A DNA stretch of 64,000 nt from Eledone cirrhosa. Lineage: Eukaryota. Numbering within the stretch: the first letter of the stretch is position 1; every line of letters starts with the position of its first letter. Both the position numbers and the translations under genes were made by a program. The stretch lies in contig OZ024746.1 in NCBI GenBank assembly GCA_964016885.1, positions 86,738,001 through 86,802,000 on the forward strand. The letters run 5' to 3'. The notes beneath the pieces were generated by a model, which worked only from the letters and a program-made list of their open reading frames with translations, was not told the DNA's origin and searched no databases. Positions 12,658 through 28,862 of this stretch are shown here, piece by piece.

Positions 12658-13439
12658 CTTATAACCACACCCACATATATATGTCTGTGTGCGTGTATAT
12701 ATGTGTATGTTTAAGTTTCTATGCATGTGTGCTTATTTAAATTTGTGAGGGGAAACTTTTGGTTATTTGGTATCACCAGGTCGAAGTCTATGAAGCAGAT
12801 CTAGGATCAAAAGTTTCTTTAGTTGTGACTACCCATGAATCACATGAGTTATTTCCCCTATTATTTTTAATTAAACAGATTATGCTTATCAAAGATCATC
12901 GCAACTCTTTTACTATATGTTAAAAACTATTGTAAACTGCATAAAATAGGTTTGCGTAGACTATATCGTCCTCCGGAGGTCCTGTACGATGGACAAATGG
13001 ACTTTCTGGTCATCAGCTTCCCTGAGAATTTCTAATCACCAATGTAGTAACATTTCTGGACGTCATCACATAGTTTCTTTGAGTCACAAAAAAATTCCCT
13101 AATAAAATTTACATTTTCTTCTCCACTTATATAGTATATTGAAATTCTGCATACACAAATACCAGATTCTGCTCTAGAGTTGTTTTGCTGCATCATATGT
13201 TTTAATCTTCAATGTAAAGCATATATGTAAAAGTAGAAATGTAACTAAACGTATGCGCCAAGTGGGCGTTTCAGGCTTCTTTGTGAAACATATGAAACCA
13301 GCAAGAGTATCTGTTTCTTATTGTTTAGTGAAGAAGGAAAGTACAGAGCCAATGTGCATTCTCAGAGCCTCAGGTATTGTTCCGAGGATCTTATTCTCAC
13401 ATCGAAAACCATGACCTAATGTGGCGTTAAACCGAGCGA

Positions 13440-13710
13440 CGGGTGAAGTCTATCCCTCCATTTCGGAAACATGGAACAAATTACCTGCATCAGTTGTTAG
13501 CTGTCGAGAAACTGCATCCTTTAAACCTCCATGCTTCCTGAAATTCGCCAACACTACACCTGAAATCCCCCTCCATACACACGCACACATGTATATCATG
13601 ACACATACGCTGTTCACTTTCCTGACATTTGTAAATTATTCTATGTACTATACATGCACCTTTGACGAGTTGTAGTGCACCTGAGCAGTGTACACAATCA
13701 TTTCATTACA
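13440..13710 (+). mobile_element. CR1/L2-group LINE 3' fragment
   Basis: Encodes WNKLPASVVSCRETASFK, like the WNxLP...FK C-terminus of CR1-group ORF2, followed by a short 3' UTR. Confidence 0.55.
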
Positions 13711-13904
13711 TTGTTTTATGTTTTTTTTCATTTAATTCTGCCTCCTAATTTTATGAAATCTATTATATAAATTAAGTCGAAGGGCAATTGCGGTATTGAA
13801 GAGTAGCATAAAAGTTAAAGTTGACCATTCCAAGATTTAAACTGAAAACATAAAAAAATGCAGATAACTCAATTCTCTGCATTTTCTAGGTTTCCAGTTG
13901 AAAT

Positions 13905-14106
13905 CCTACAATGACCATGAGCTTAGCTGATCACGTATGGGGATCAAGCCGGATCAGTTGAAGACAGTTGCTTCTCACAGGACCCGCTGGAGGGAGTGTT
14001 TGAGAACTTTGCCCCCACGACCATCTCAGGAATAAGTTAGCGAAGAAGAAGAAGAAGAAGAAGAAGAAGAAGAAGAAGAAGAAGAAGAAGAAGAAGAAGA
14101 AGAAGA
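13905..14106 (+). mobile_element. RTE-clade LINE 3' end with (GAA)n tail
   Basis: Encodes LA*SRMGIKPDQLKTVASHRTRWRECLRTLPPRPSQE*, followed closely by about 21 GAA units. Confidence 0.55.
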
Positions 14107-14479
14107 GAAAAACCCAAAACGAAACAAAACGGATGACACTAAATATGTCAAGCCATTTCCCCCGTTTCTTTACCGTTTCTTAATTGTAACAACGAAAATT
14201 GATTCTATTATGCACCAAAGGAGTTCTACATGTCCACTCAAATAACAGACAAATCTACCTCAAACCATACTCTAATATCTTAAATAAGGAAAGGAGACAC
14301 AAGACAATATTACTCTCCATTTATATGTATGAAAACGGATGAGAGTTAAGCTGTAACGCGTTCGTTTAATCAAAATTATGCTCATAATTTGGTGATCTGC
14401 CATAAAATATATGTATAATAGCTTCGAACGTTAAGACCAGAAACATGGTGGTAAGTAAAATTAATTACTTTCCTTACTC

Positions 14480-14670
14480 AAGGCGAATTAGGAGAGTCGT
14501 TAGAATGTCAGATAGAATGGTAGAGTCGTTAGAACGTCAGATAGAATGGTAGAGTCGTTAGAACGTCAGATAGAATGCTTTATGGTATTCGTCAGGTCTC
14601 TCTGCTCTGGGAGTTTAGATCCCGACGTGGTCAACTTTGCCTTTCATCATAGTACTGTGGTCGATTATAC
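14480..14670 (+). mobile_element. Diverged SINE with a triplicated 29-bp head segment
   Basis: agagtcgttagaa(c/t)gtcagatagaatg x3 (14493-14578), then gagtttagatccc and aactttgcctttcatc. Confidence 0.6.
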
Positions 14671-14982
14671 TTCTTATCCCTGGAAGAAATCTCTGTACTC
14701 AAACCCGGAGAGGGATGGGCTCCGCCAGGCTTAAAATGTCCAAGAAACGCCGTATGTCAATACAGCGTCCCTAAGATTCTATCAAGAGATACGGGACCAT
14801 ACATACGTACTCATAGTATATGATCTGCAATAAGAATGTACTTACATTCTTCAATATATTTTGACTCGTGATCTACCGATTCTATGATCGACTACACTTA
14901 ATAAATATAAAAAATATCGATATTAGTACTATTAATAACTTTCATAATACCTATATATTTCTCTCCCCTCCCCTCTACTAAC

Positions 14983-15076
<94 letters not shown>

Positions 15077-15154
15077 GTCTATCATCTACAAATACACATA
15101 TTCACACACACACAAAATAAGAGAAAATTGTCCGTATATATATATACACACATA

Positions 15155-15185
<31 letters not shown>

Positions 15186-15329
15186 ATATGTATATATGTA
15201 TATATGGATATAAATATATAAATAAAAATATATAAAAAATTATATAAATACATATGTATGAACCCAATAATATCAGCTTGCCAATTAGTGCAAAATTTAT
15301 TTCCACCATTTTTTTCAAGGCATCATTTT

Positions 15330-15464
<135 letters not shown>

Positions 15465-15965
15465 ACTTTTACTTATTATCACCTTCCTGCAAATATATAA
15501 CCGTGTTTATTAAATGGCAGTGATGACAGTAGTAAGACAGGCAGAAAATTGTGCGTTTCAAATGTTTTTTGAAATCTGGTTCAAATTTCTTATGTTTACA
15601 TTATATTTTCTAGCAATTAAATTCCTCGTGATGCACTCAAAATGTATTTACGCGATGGTTTTTACAAAAATAAAAAAAAAAATGAAACGAAATATGAACT
15701 ACAAACAACGCCCTGCATTACCAAAAATCCCAACAGCCGGCAATTATAGATAGTGTTAAGAAATATCCGAATAGTATGCATATATACACACATAACTCTG
15801 CTTGTGTATCCATATTAATGTTTGTGTTTACTAAATATGTACATACATATATTTTTTACGTATGAATATATATATATATGTGTGTTTATGTGTGTGTTTA
15901 TATATGTGTGTGTGTATATATGTATGTATATATGATATATATATGTGTGTGTGTGTATATATATA

Positions 15966-15999
<34 letters not shown>

Positions 16000-16144
16000 A
16001 TCATGCGTTTTAAATATATACGTATGTGTTCATCCCTCTATACACAAAGTAGCAACGGAGATTAACCTCAGTAATACAATAAACATATATGTTCTCCCTT
16101 GGTATTGAGCACATCGTATTTAAATACTCAAAAGAAGGTATGTA

Positions 16145-16210
<66 letters not shown>

Positions 16211-16213
<3 letters not shown>

Positions 16214-16346
16214 TCTTCGATGATTCGGGTGTTAATCTGCTACTTACAGCTGCAACTTCGATTATACTATATATATATATTTATATATAGTATAATCGAA
16301 GCTGCAACTGTAAGTAGCAGATTAACTCTCGAATCATCGAAGACTG
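16211..16346. repeat. Fold-back inverted repeat next to (TA)n, with a TA-rich centre
   Basis: cagtcttcgatgattcg...cttcgattatacta / tagtataatcgaag...cgaatcatcgaagactg, with a few mismatches. Confidence 0.9.
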
Positions 16347-16802
16347 ACACAAAGCACTCGATGAGAGAGTAATTAATACATTTCTCCTCAGAGTGAACAC
16401 AAGAAGTTAGGTAATAGTGACACCATGAATAATACGACCAGAGGCATGTTGCCACATTAATGCTAGAACAACGAAACAAACAGGTTATGCATATATATAA
16501 ATCATAGATATTATTGGGGGAGAAAAAAAAACACACGTTTGTTAGAGATTAGTAAACTTAGGAAAATTAACAAAGAGAAGACAAGACAACAAACGAAGAT
16601 AAGGCAAAAGGAAAAATAATTTTTTGAAGGGATGCCATAAAAAATTAAATTTTGAAAATTAAAACACAAATGAAAGACACAGAACTTCAGATTCTTCAGC
16701 CGTTGACATGGCCTTTGGTAGTTTTGACACCTACCAGACACACACAGAAAAAGAAATAACCAACTAGTGACTAGTAAATAAACGTATAACTGTATAAATA
16801 AC

Positions 16803-16926
<124 letters not shown>

Positions 16927-17550
16927 TATATATATAACGCATGCAGAACACAAAGAGACAACACACAGCTCACAAAAACAAAATGGTGTAGGATATAACA
17001 AAGGAGAGGCACAAAATAACAAATTAGTCGCTGCGGTGGTCACAATATATTGACCAAAACAAATAAACAACCTTCTTGTTATTAAGCTAACCAACTGGGA
17101 GTTTATAATAAATTGAAGTGAAAACTAACCAACAGGTGCCTGTGTTGTTTTATATGTATATATACAGAAATATCCACGGTTAATTTTGGGTCTAGTCTGC
17201 ATGAAGAACTCAATGTAATCCATATGTTGAAAATGTCATGACCTCAACTAAAGTGAGTTACTTTTCATCTTAACATCATATGGGAAAAAAACAATTTGAT
17301 TGGTTTGTTCTTCACCTACCTCCAAATAAGGTCATAGAACTCAATTTACTATTGATTTTGAATAAAATTCTCATTGCTTTTGACAAGGCTGATGATATAC
17401 ATGTAAGTAAATATATTCCTTATCTGATATTTTGTAACTAACCCTACATAGATCGATAACGAAATATGCGTATGATTATCACCTAGAAACGATCGTAAAG
17501 CAGTATAGTATATTTCTAATGACTTGAATTTTTATTTCATTGTTTTAACT

Positions 17551-17605
<55 letters not shown>

Positions 17606-17752
17606 ATAATAATACATTTGAAGACTAAAATTATATATATATATATAAAATGAGATTATCTCCACAGGTACTAAGTACCTACGGAAATATATAGGGGTGT
17701 ATATAATACATTTGTTGTTCAATGGTACTAATTTGAGATACAAGAACTATAA

Positions 17753-18044
17753 AATTGAGATGAGCGCAACAAGCAAACATTAAACAATCTTTAAAATAAA
17801 TTAAAATACGATTTAAATATTCACCTGTCCAAAATGCTATTACCGACGATTTTGCTTCACAAAAGATTGGAAATTCAGAGAATTGAATTGAAGAGCTGAT
17901 ATTTCCGTTGGAAATTCTCTGAATTTCCAATCTTTTGTGAAACGAAACCGTCGGTAATAGCATTTTGGACAGGTGAATATTTAAATCGTATTTTAATTTA
18001 TTTAAAAGATTGTTTAATGTTTGCTTGTTCTGCTCATCTCAATT
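17753..18044. repeat. Inverted repeat with ~130-bp arms and a ~28-bp spacer, beside (CA)n
   Basis: aattgagatgagc...ggaaattcagagaatt / aattctctgaatttcc...gctcatctcaatt. Confidence 0.9.
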
Positions 18045-18049
18045 ACACA

Positions 18050-19062
<1,013 letters not shown>

Positions 19063-19612
19063 GTCGTAGTTTGTTTGAAGAATTGCTGTATAGGAAATAT
19101 AAATTTAAATAATTATAAAAGCCTTACAATGCATTAGAAAATTAAAGGTGAAGAGATAACGATAGAATCTTACCTTAGCAAATTTAAATATCCCAAATAT
19201 TTTCGAATATAAAAACCCATTTTATAAACCCATACATATATATTGCACATTTTCCCCTTTTTATCATATACATATTCCCTTACACATTTCACTAAGTAAA
19301 CTTACAATCACGCACACACATACATACATCTACCACTAAGCACACTTGCATTCGCGCACACATTCATGCATATATGAAACACCTTTTCTCACATATATTT
19401 CACAACGCATACGCTCGAAATCTCATCGTCTTTTCATTTCATTTAAATTAAATCTACCTTCCTAATAACAACGCGTCTCCGAGAGATCCTTTAAGTCCTT
19501 GACAGGGATACTCCGTTGATAATGGGTTTTTAAACCCGAAAATATTTGCGACAATTAAATTAGCTAAGATAAGATTCTAACGTTATCTTGGCACCTTTAA
19601 TTTTCTAATGCT

Positions 19613-20254
<642 letters not shown>

Positions 20255-20258
<4 letters not shown>

Positions 20259-20680
20259 CAGAGGATGTCTGTGTAAATCCGTAAAACTCGAGAAGTACCT
20301 GACCGAATTTTTTCAAACGTTACACATACGTTACTTATATTTCTTGAAGTGCAATGGGCTAAAATAATTTTAACTTTTTCTGCCCTAGGCGAAAAACCGC
20401 ATTTAAAGCCATTTTTAGGCTTTTTTTTAGGCGTAACTTAAAGATAATCCAGCCAATTCCCTCGAAATTTACAGCACACATTTGTTAGTTTCACTCGCAT
20501 TGCCGTGGACAAAAAGAAATGTCCGATTCCATTAATGGTTTCTAGGAAATTTACGTATTAGCATTTGCCATTACATGCCATTTTCATTTTCAATATAAAT
20601 GCTACTTAAACGTCGTAAGAAGCGTATAATATTTCGTTAAAAATGTGGTTTATTTAAGAGAGGACACAACACTTACTTAC
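20255..20680 (+). mobile_element. Possible non-autonomous Helitron-like fragment
   Basis: Begins after (TA)n with aaaactcgagaagtacctgaccgaattttttcaaac, reminiscent of invertebrate Helitron 5' regions. No 3' CTAG end was identified. Confidence 0.25.
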
Positions 20681-21230
20681 TTTTAAGCAGGACCATTTTC
20701 GGGGGATTGAGGAAATGAGGAGGACCTTAAATTTTTTGTCGGCACCCTGTTGACGCTTCGTGATTTCATCACACGCAAATTCGGACCCTGTGTACATTGC
20801 CGTGTTATCGACACCGTAAAACTCACGTCTGTGCTACTTCTACTAATACCCCTTTTGTTGCACCTACACCGGAGTATGAAGGCCCTGTGCAAGTACGCCG
20901 AACAGCGGTTGTGCAAATTCCGCGGTGACCCCTTTTGTCGCACCTTTGTTGCTGTGTAAACGCAGTGCAACCCGTGCCGCTTAGCGTTTGTGCTAATTGC
21001 ACTATGGCACCGTTCTGCTGCAGGTGCGTTCCCACGCTGATTTCGTTATCTCAATATCCCTACTTAAACATACACCCCTACTTGGTTTTCACACAATTGA
21101 CTACGTCGCTCCACAATCATTCCCTGAGAATAACGGAATTCAAAAAGTACACAGCTACATTCCTCAATCTTTGCACATGCGAGTTGCTATTTCACGTTTG
21201 CTACCCTGTGCAACGCCGGGTCCTACTGCT

Positions 21231-21972
21231 GTATGTATACGTACATACATAAATGTATACAGACGTACAGTAGTATGTATATATATACATACATGCACAC
21301 ATAGATATATATATATGCACGTATGGAAATACCGAGCATTTATTATAATGCTCGGTTTGTTTGTAAAAAAACATCCCGAATTAAGCCGTACAGTGTTTAG
21401 CAACCATCGTTGCCCTTTTGTTCAACACTGACAAAGGAACGGTGTACTAGTTTCAAGCTTCTTAGCTATCGTCAGCACCGTATACTTTCCTGCCAGATGA
21501 TTGAACTTCTGAAAGTATATACTTTCCTTATGCATATTAACGGCTGAGTAGCCTAATTTGTATATCGAGTGAGTTAATCGGCCGGGCGCACCGAAAACGA
21601 TAATGGCAAAAATGAAACGAAATTTCATTTCATTTCTCACACTTAGTACGGCTGTCACTTAAATATAAGTATGTATACGTACATACATATATGTATACAG
21701 ACGTACAGTAGTATATATATATATACATACATGCACACCTATATATGTGTACGTATGGATTTACCGAGCATTTATTATAATGCTTGGTTTGTTTGTAAAC
21801 ACACATCCCGAATTAAGCCGTACAGTGTTTAGCAGCCATCATTACCCTTTTGTTCGACAATGACAATGGAACGATCTACTAGTTTCAAGCTTATTAGCTA
21901 TCGTCAGCATCGTATTCCTTCCTGCCAGATGTTTGAACGTCTGAAAGTATATACTTTCCTTATGCATATTAA
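21231..21972 (+). repeat. Local direct duplication of ~300 bp (21231-21540 and 21669-21972)
   Basis: Both copies run gtatgtatacgtacatacat...catcccgaattaagccgtacagtgtttagc...gaaagtatatactttccttatgcatattaa. Confidence 0.9.
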
Positions 21973-22119
21973 ATGCTCGGTAAATTCATACGTACATATA
22001 TATATTCATACGTACATATATATCCAAAAGTGTGTAAATATGTATATCCCCATGTACATATGTATGTATATGTGTATATACATGATTGCATGTGCATGTA
22101 TATGCGCGGGGACATAGAA

Positions 22120-22475
22120 ATAGTCGGGCTGGATACCTGATCGCGCGGTTAAACCACTGGGAGTGAAGGACCTCTAGCCTTTGTCAGGGCATTCTTCTAG
22201 GAGAAGGCAACTCAGGAAACTGGGATAACACCGATATAAAACCTGCGGCTCAGTAGTTACCGATGGTATTGATCTGTTCTTCTTTTCGTGTTATAGCTAC
22301 TGTCGCTCAGAGAGTGGGATTGGCTCAGTGCACAGTCTTTCCTCACTTAAAAAAATATCTTCTCGCACAAGCATTGCACGATAGCATTAATTAATAATTA
22401 TTAATAATGGTATATTGTGCAATGGCCATACTCGATAACGAGAGGGCAGCCATGATGTATGTATGTATGTTATAT
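22120..22475 (+). mobile_element. RTE-type non-autonomous element related to family C
   Basis: Shares ctgggagtgaa, tttcc...cttaaaaaa and gcattgc with 47270-47640, and the terminus aatggccatactcgataacgagagggcagccatgatgtatg with 48170-48210. Confidence 0.5.
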
Positions 22476-23009
22476 GTGTATATGTATACGTGTCTATCTT
22501 TCACTGATGTATAACGGCCAAGCCTGTAAACACCGGAAAAAAAACGTTTCTTTTTGAACCGAGAAAACGAGAGTGAAGCAGAAACGACGCTACTCTTCAG
22601 AAATTGCAATGAATAAATTTAATAAAAAAATTATAATGTTTGTCGTTACAAGGTTGCTGTAGAAGATATTTCTATAAAGTATCACAAAATAGGAACGACG
22701 CCGGAAATACGCGGCTGGAAAACGTAGCTTTTACGGACACAATTATGTCTGTACCTGTTAGAGAAGGAACAGAAAACATAATAGAACGTGCTTTTATTTG
22801 GAAAACAATTTCATTTTCTATTCCACTTCGTTAATAGTACACTATTATATGAAGGTTTAGTTTATTTCTGACTTGATTTTACCTCGCTAATGCTGTTGGC
22901 AGTCATGACAATCGTAAATATTACAGCGTTCAGGCTTTGAATTATTGTGCCAGGAAAGCAGCTTAATTTTCCAACACATTACTTGCTAGTAATGAAATTG
23001 GCGGTCACT

Positions 23010-23082
23010 TACACGAGCATGTACACAGATAAACACACACACATACACACACACACACACACGAGCATGTACACATATAAAT

Positions 23083-23158
<76 letters not shown>

Positions 23159-23282
23159 AAGAGCATGTACACATATAAACACACACACATACACACATAC
23201 ACACACACACGAGCATGTACACATATAAACACACACATACACACATACACACACACACACACACGAGCATGTACACATATAA

Positions 23283-23313
<31 letters not shown>

Positions 23314-23364
23314 CATGTACACATATAAACACACACACACACACACGAGCATGTACACATATAA

Positions 23365-23403
<39 letters not shown>

Positions 23404-24430
23404 CATGTACACATATAAACACACACACATACACACATACACACACACACGAGCATGTACACATATAAACACACACATACACACATACACACACACACAC
23501 ACGAGCATGTACACATATAAACACACACACACACACACACACACACGAGCATGTACACATATAAACACACACACACACACACAAATACACACACACGTAT
23601 GCATATATACCCTCTCCACACATACACGCACACATACTTATGCTCGCATGCATAGACACACGCACACACACACACACACACACGAGCATGTACACATATA
23701 AACACACACACACAAACACACACAAACACACACAAACACACACACACGTATGCATATATACCCTCTCCACACATACACGCACACATACTTATGCTCGCAT
23801 GCATAGACACACGCACACACACTCACACACACACACGTATGCATATACCCTCTCCACACACACGCACGCATACGTATGCTCACACACATACTTATGCACG
23901 CACACATAGACACATTCATATACCTATGCTCGCACAGACACACACATACACAAACACACACACATATGCATATATCCTCGCCACACATAGGCACACAAAC
24001 CTATGCTCGCACGCATAGACACACGCACACACACGCACATACACACAAACACACACACACGTATGCATATACCCTCTCCACACACACGCACGCATACGTA
24101 TGCTCACACATATACTTATGCTCGCACACATAGACACACTCACATACCTATGCTCGCACAGACACAGACACACACAAACACAAACACACACACATATGCA
24201 TATATCCTCTCCACACATAGGCACACAAACCTATGCTCGCACGCATAGACACACGCACACACACGTATGCATATATACCGTCTCCACACATACACGCACA
24301 CATACTTATGCTCGCACACATAGACACACGCAAACAGAGACACACCTCACACACGTAAGCATATACCCTCTGCACACATACTTATGCTCGCACACACACA
24401 CACATACCTATGCTCGCACACATACACACA
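23010..24430. repeat. CA-based minisatellites
   Basis: About 12 copies of gagcatgtacacatataaa(ca)n, then longer units containing ccctctccacaca and tatgctcgca. Confidence 0.95.
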
Positions 24431-24529
24431 CACACACACACATGCCCTCTCCATACAATGCCCTCTCCACACACATGCACACACTCACACATTCCTATGC
24501 CCGCGCAAACACACACAAACACACGCACA

Positions 24530-24741
24530 CACACTCCCCTCACACACATACTTTCCTCACACACACAAACACACACACACGTGTCATCTCACGAACAATG
24601 CCCGCGCCACACACATACGCACACTCACAAACACACACACACACACACACACTCCTCACACATACTTTCCTCACACACACAAACACACACACACGTGTCA
24701 TCTCACGAACAATGCCCGCGCCACACACATACGCACACTCA

Positions 24742-24772
<31 letters not shown>

Positions 24773-24977
24773 TCCTCACACATACTTTCCTCACACACAC
24801 AAACACACACACACGTGTCCTCTCACGAACAATGCCCGCGCCACACACATACGCACACTCACAAACACACACACACACACACACACACTCCTCACACATA
24901 CTTTCCTCACACACACAAACACACACACACGTGTCATCTCACGAACAATGCCCGCGCCACACACATACGCACACTCA

Positions 24978-25008
<31 letters not shown>

Positions 25009-25140
25009 TCCTCACACATACTTTCCTCACACACACAAACACACACACACGTGTCCTCTCACGAACAATGCCCGCGCCACACACATACGCACACTCACAA
25101 ACACACACAAACATACACACACACACTCCTCACACACACA
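24530..25140. repeat. Minisatellite, 5 copies of an ~120-bp unit
   Basis: ctcacacatactttcctcac...gtgtc(a/c)tctcacgaacaatgcccgcgccacac...; the a/c site runs a,a,c,a,c. Confidence 0.95.
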
Positions 25141-25418
25141 AACACCCTCTACTTACACACGCACATACTCGCACACTGACACATATCTATGCGCACTTAC
25201 ACTTCCACGTACCACGTCTCTGGCATCGAATTCATTATTAAAGTCGCTTATTCTCCCATCACTATTCTGTCTTTCTAGAGGTGAGAGATATTATTCATAT
25301 TGATTCGAATTTAATTCCTCAGATATAATACTAACAGCTAACATCTCAATGGTTGTTCTATCTATCTTTCTCATTCTTTATACCTCTTTTTATCTCTCCA
25401 CACACATACACACACACA

Positions 25419-25526
<108 letters not shown>

Positions 25527-25654
25527 TATTTATATATATTTTATTTATATAAATAAAATATATATAAATATATTTATATATATATATATTTATATAAATA
25601 AAATATATATAAATATATTTATATAAATATAAATATACATATGTGTGTGTATAT

Positions 25655-25726
<72 letters not shown>

Positions 25727-25809
25727 ATAATAAAAATTTGAAGACTAAAATCCAAAGAGGGCTCGATAAGGATAAATATATATCAAATATATAAGAACCG
25801 TAGAGCAAA

Positions 25810-25851
<42 letters not shown>

Positions 25852-25854
25852 GTG

Positions 25855-25885
<31 letters not shown>

Positions 25886-25951
25886 GTGTATATATATGTG
25901 TGTATATATATATATAAATATATATATGTGTGTATATATATATACACAAAC

Positions 25952-25987
<36 letters not shown>

Positions 25988-26013
25988 ATATATGTGTGTG
26001 TATATATATATAT

Positions 26014-26070
<57 letters not shown>

Positions 26071-26166
26071 CACACAGACACACATATGTATGTATATATA
26101 TATATATATATAGTAATAATAATAAATTTATATATATGTATATATATATATATATATACATATATC

Positions 26167-26197
<31 letters not shown>

Positions 26198-26696
26198 GTA
26201 TATATATGTATGCACATGTGCAATGTGTATGTGTTTTCGTATACATACATACATACATGTGTATGTATACGTAAACACATACACATTACAAAGCAAACAC
26301 ATGCACATATGCACACACGTATTCACATGCATAGAAAAACACACACACACACATACATACACCGAGACGCGCACATACATACACATAGTCGTGTACAAAT
26401 TCATTTCATGTGCAATGGTCATTATCCACATTAGAAGATTTTATTAGTTATACAAAATTTATAAACGGCAATAAATAGGCGCCATTCATCATCTTCGCTC
26501 TAAGCTGATATGTAGTTTGACAATAGTAAGAGTATTTCTGTTGAAGCAAAGTAAATATATCACATTTTCTGTGGATTTATCAACACTTTATATATAATAA
26601 TTGCTTCTAATTTATGCACAAGGGCAGCAATGTCTAAGGAGTCGTGAATTGTATTGAATCTAGAATGTAAAGAGCGGAAGGATACCACAAAAAAGT

Positions 26697-27278
26697 TGTT
26701 CGACGCCCTATCGATTCTAGGGGTGCGTTGTGACGGTCAGATAGTCCAGATCGTAAAGACCGGAAGCAAATACCGCAAAACAGTAGTTCGACGCCCTATC
26801 GATTCTAGGGGTGCGTTGTGACGGTCAGATAGTCCAGATCGTAAAGACCGGAAGCAAATACCGCAAAACAGTAGTTCGACGCCCTATCGATTCTAGGGGT
26901 GCGTTGTGACGGTCAGATAGTCCAGATCGTAAAGACCGGAAGCAAATACCGCAAAACAGTAGTTCGACGCCCTATCGATTCTAGGGGTGTGTTGTGACGG
27001 TCAGATAGTCCAGATCGTAAAGACCGGAAGCAAATACCGCAAAACAGTAGTTCGACGCCCTATCGATTCTAGGGGTGCGTTGTGACGGTCAGATAGTCCA
27101 GATCGTAAAGACCGGAAGCAAATACCGCAAAACAGTAGTTCGACGCCCTATCGATTCTAGGGGTGTGTTGTGATGGTCAGATAGTCCAGATCGTAAAGAC
27201 CGGAAGCAAATACCGCAAAACAGTAGTTCGACGCCCTATCGATTCTAGGGGTGTGTTGTGATGGTCAGATAGTCCAGA
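26697..27278. repeat. Tandem array, 88-bp unit, about 6.6 near-identical copies, partly SINE-head-derived
   Basis: cgacgccctatcgattctagg starts at 26701, 26789, 26877, 26965, 27053, 27141 and 27229. Confidence 0.95.
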
Positions 27279-27284
27279 ATTTAA

Positions 27285-27550
27285 ATCTAATCTAATCTAA
27301 TCTGGCCGAGTTAACACTCGCAAATAGCAAGAACCAGGAGCATTGTATTTGGTGTACTTCATATTTGTTTCGGTTGCTGAATACAATCAGGGATCGTAGC
27401 TTCTCCAGAAGGTCAATAGTTCTCTTCTAACTTGAGCGCCTTTCCATTGTCAATTTGCATTGATCATCTGCAAAGCCGCATTATTCTCAGAATCACTACA
27501 TCAGTCTTTCTATGCCTGCAACTGGAACTACTGCCACCCATTGTAATGTG
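27285..27550 (-). mobile_element. Retroelement 3' fragment with (ATTAG)n tail
   Basis: Homologous to 42420-42700; both begin ctaatctggccgagtt on the plus strand. Confidence 0.65.
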
Positions 27551-27554
27551 GCTA

Positions 27555-27615
<61 letters not shown>

Positions 27616-27618
<3 letters not shown>

Positions 27619-27778
27619 CAAAGAGGGAGTGGTAAGATACCAGGTGGAGCATAACGCACCAGAGTACTCAATACTTATTGTAGTAGAGTGGGTAATAGGA
27701 AAAGAGTCAGGAGCCCTACGGCTGAGTTCCGGCCATTTTGACAGCTAGATCCATCGGAGTCCTGACTCTTTTCCTATC
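27616..27778 (-). mobile_element. Family B hairpin+tail element
   Basis: gtggtaagataccaggtggagcataacgcaccagagtactcaatactta, then arms aggaaaagagtcagga / tcctgactcttttccta. Confidence 0.75.
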
Positions 27779-27795
27779 TCCTACACACACACACA

Positions 27796-27910
<115 letters not shown>

Positions 27911-28374
27911 GGTGATAGATACACACATGTAGATCTACATACTTACAAACACACACAAGACAGTAACACATTTGTTCATGTATTATTTATAAGACCACAT
28001 CGTTGCTTGTCTTATTTTTATAAAATATTAAAAACAATTCCAATGAAAAGAATATAATGGAAAATTAAAAGAATCGATGTTAATATGAATAAAAACGATC
28101 GTATCAGGAAAATTAATAAGCTCATAAACGATGGCTAGTTCATAAGACATTACTTTATAATCAATGGTTCAATACACGTATCCGGTTTCTGGGATACATG
28201 AGCCTCGTTTCTTCGTACCAGCCGATGAGGATTTCTTTTTCTATCTCTAAGGTTATTCATCCTATTTTATTAGCTATTTTATAGCATATCTGTTCATGAG
28301 TACATTACTCTTCATATTAACTTTCTTCCCTCAGCCCTTCGTAAATTTCGTGGTATCAACTACGTATATATATA

Positions 28375-28506
28375 TGAACGAGTAGGACCCCGACGGCTGA
28401 GCTCAAGTCGGGGTCCTACTCGTTCCTATTACCCACTCTACTACCTTAAGTATTGAGTACTTTGGCGCGTTATGGTCCACCTGGTTCCTTACCACATTTC
28501 CTTCGT

Positions 28507-28537
<31 letters not shown>

Positions 28538-28692
28538 CGTGGTAAGATACCAGGTCGACCATTACAACGCACCAGAGCACTCAATACTTAGGGAAGTAGA
28601 GTGGATAATAGGAAAAGAGTCAGGACTCCGACTTGGTTCGGATCTAGCTGGTTAAACGGCCGGAGCTCAGCTGTCGGGGTCCTGATTATTTT

Positions 28693-28697
<5 letters not shown>
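28375..28697. mobile_element. Two family B elements tail-to-tail across a (TA)n tract
   Basis: 28375-28508 (hairpin to tail) and 28535-28697 (opposite orientation). Confidence 0.75.
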
Positions 28698-28752
<55 letters not shown>

Positions 28753-28758
28753 AAAATA

Positions 28759-28862
<104 letters not shown>

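Noticed and set aside
23010-23700. Constant motif separated by variable spacers
   Set aside because: The spacers are only (CA)n length variants.
26697-27278. 88-bp array as a CRISPR-like locus
   Set aside because: Units are near-identical along their whole length, with no variable spacers and no cas genes, in a eukaryotic context.
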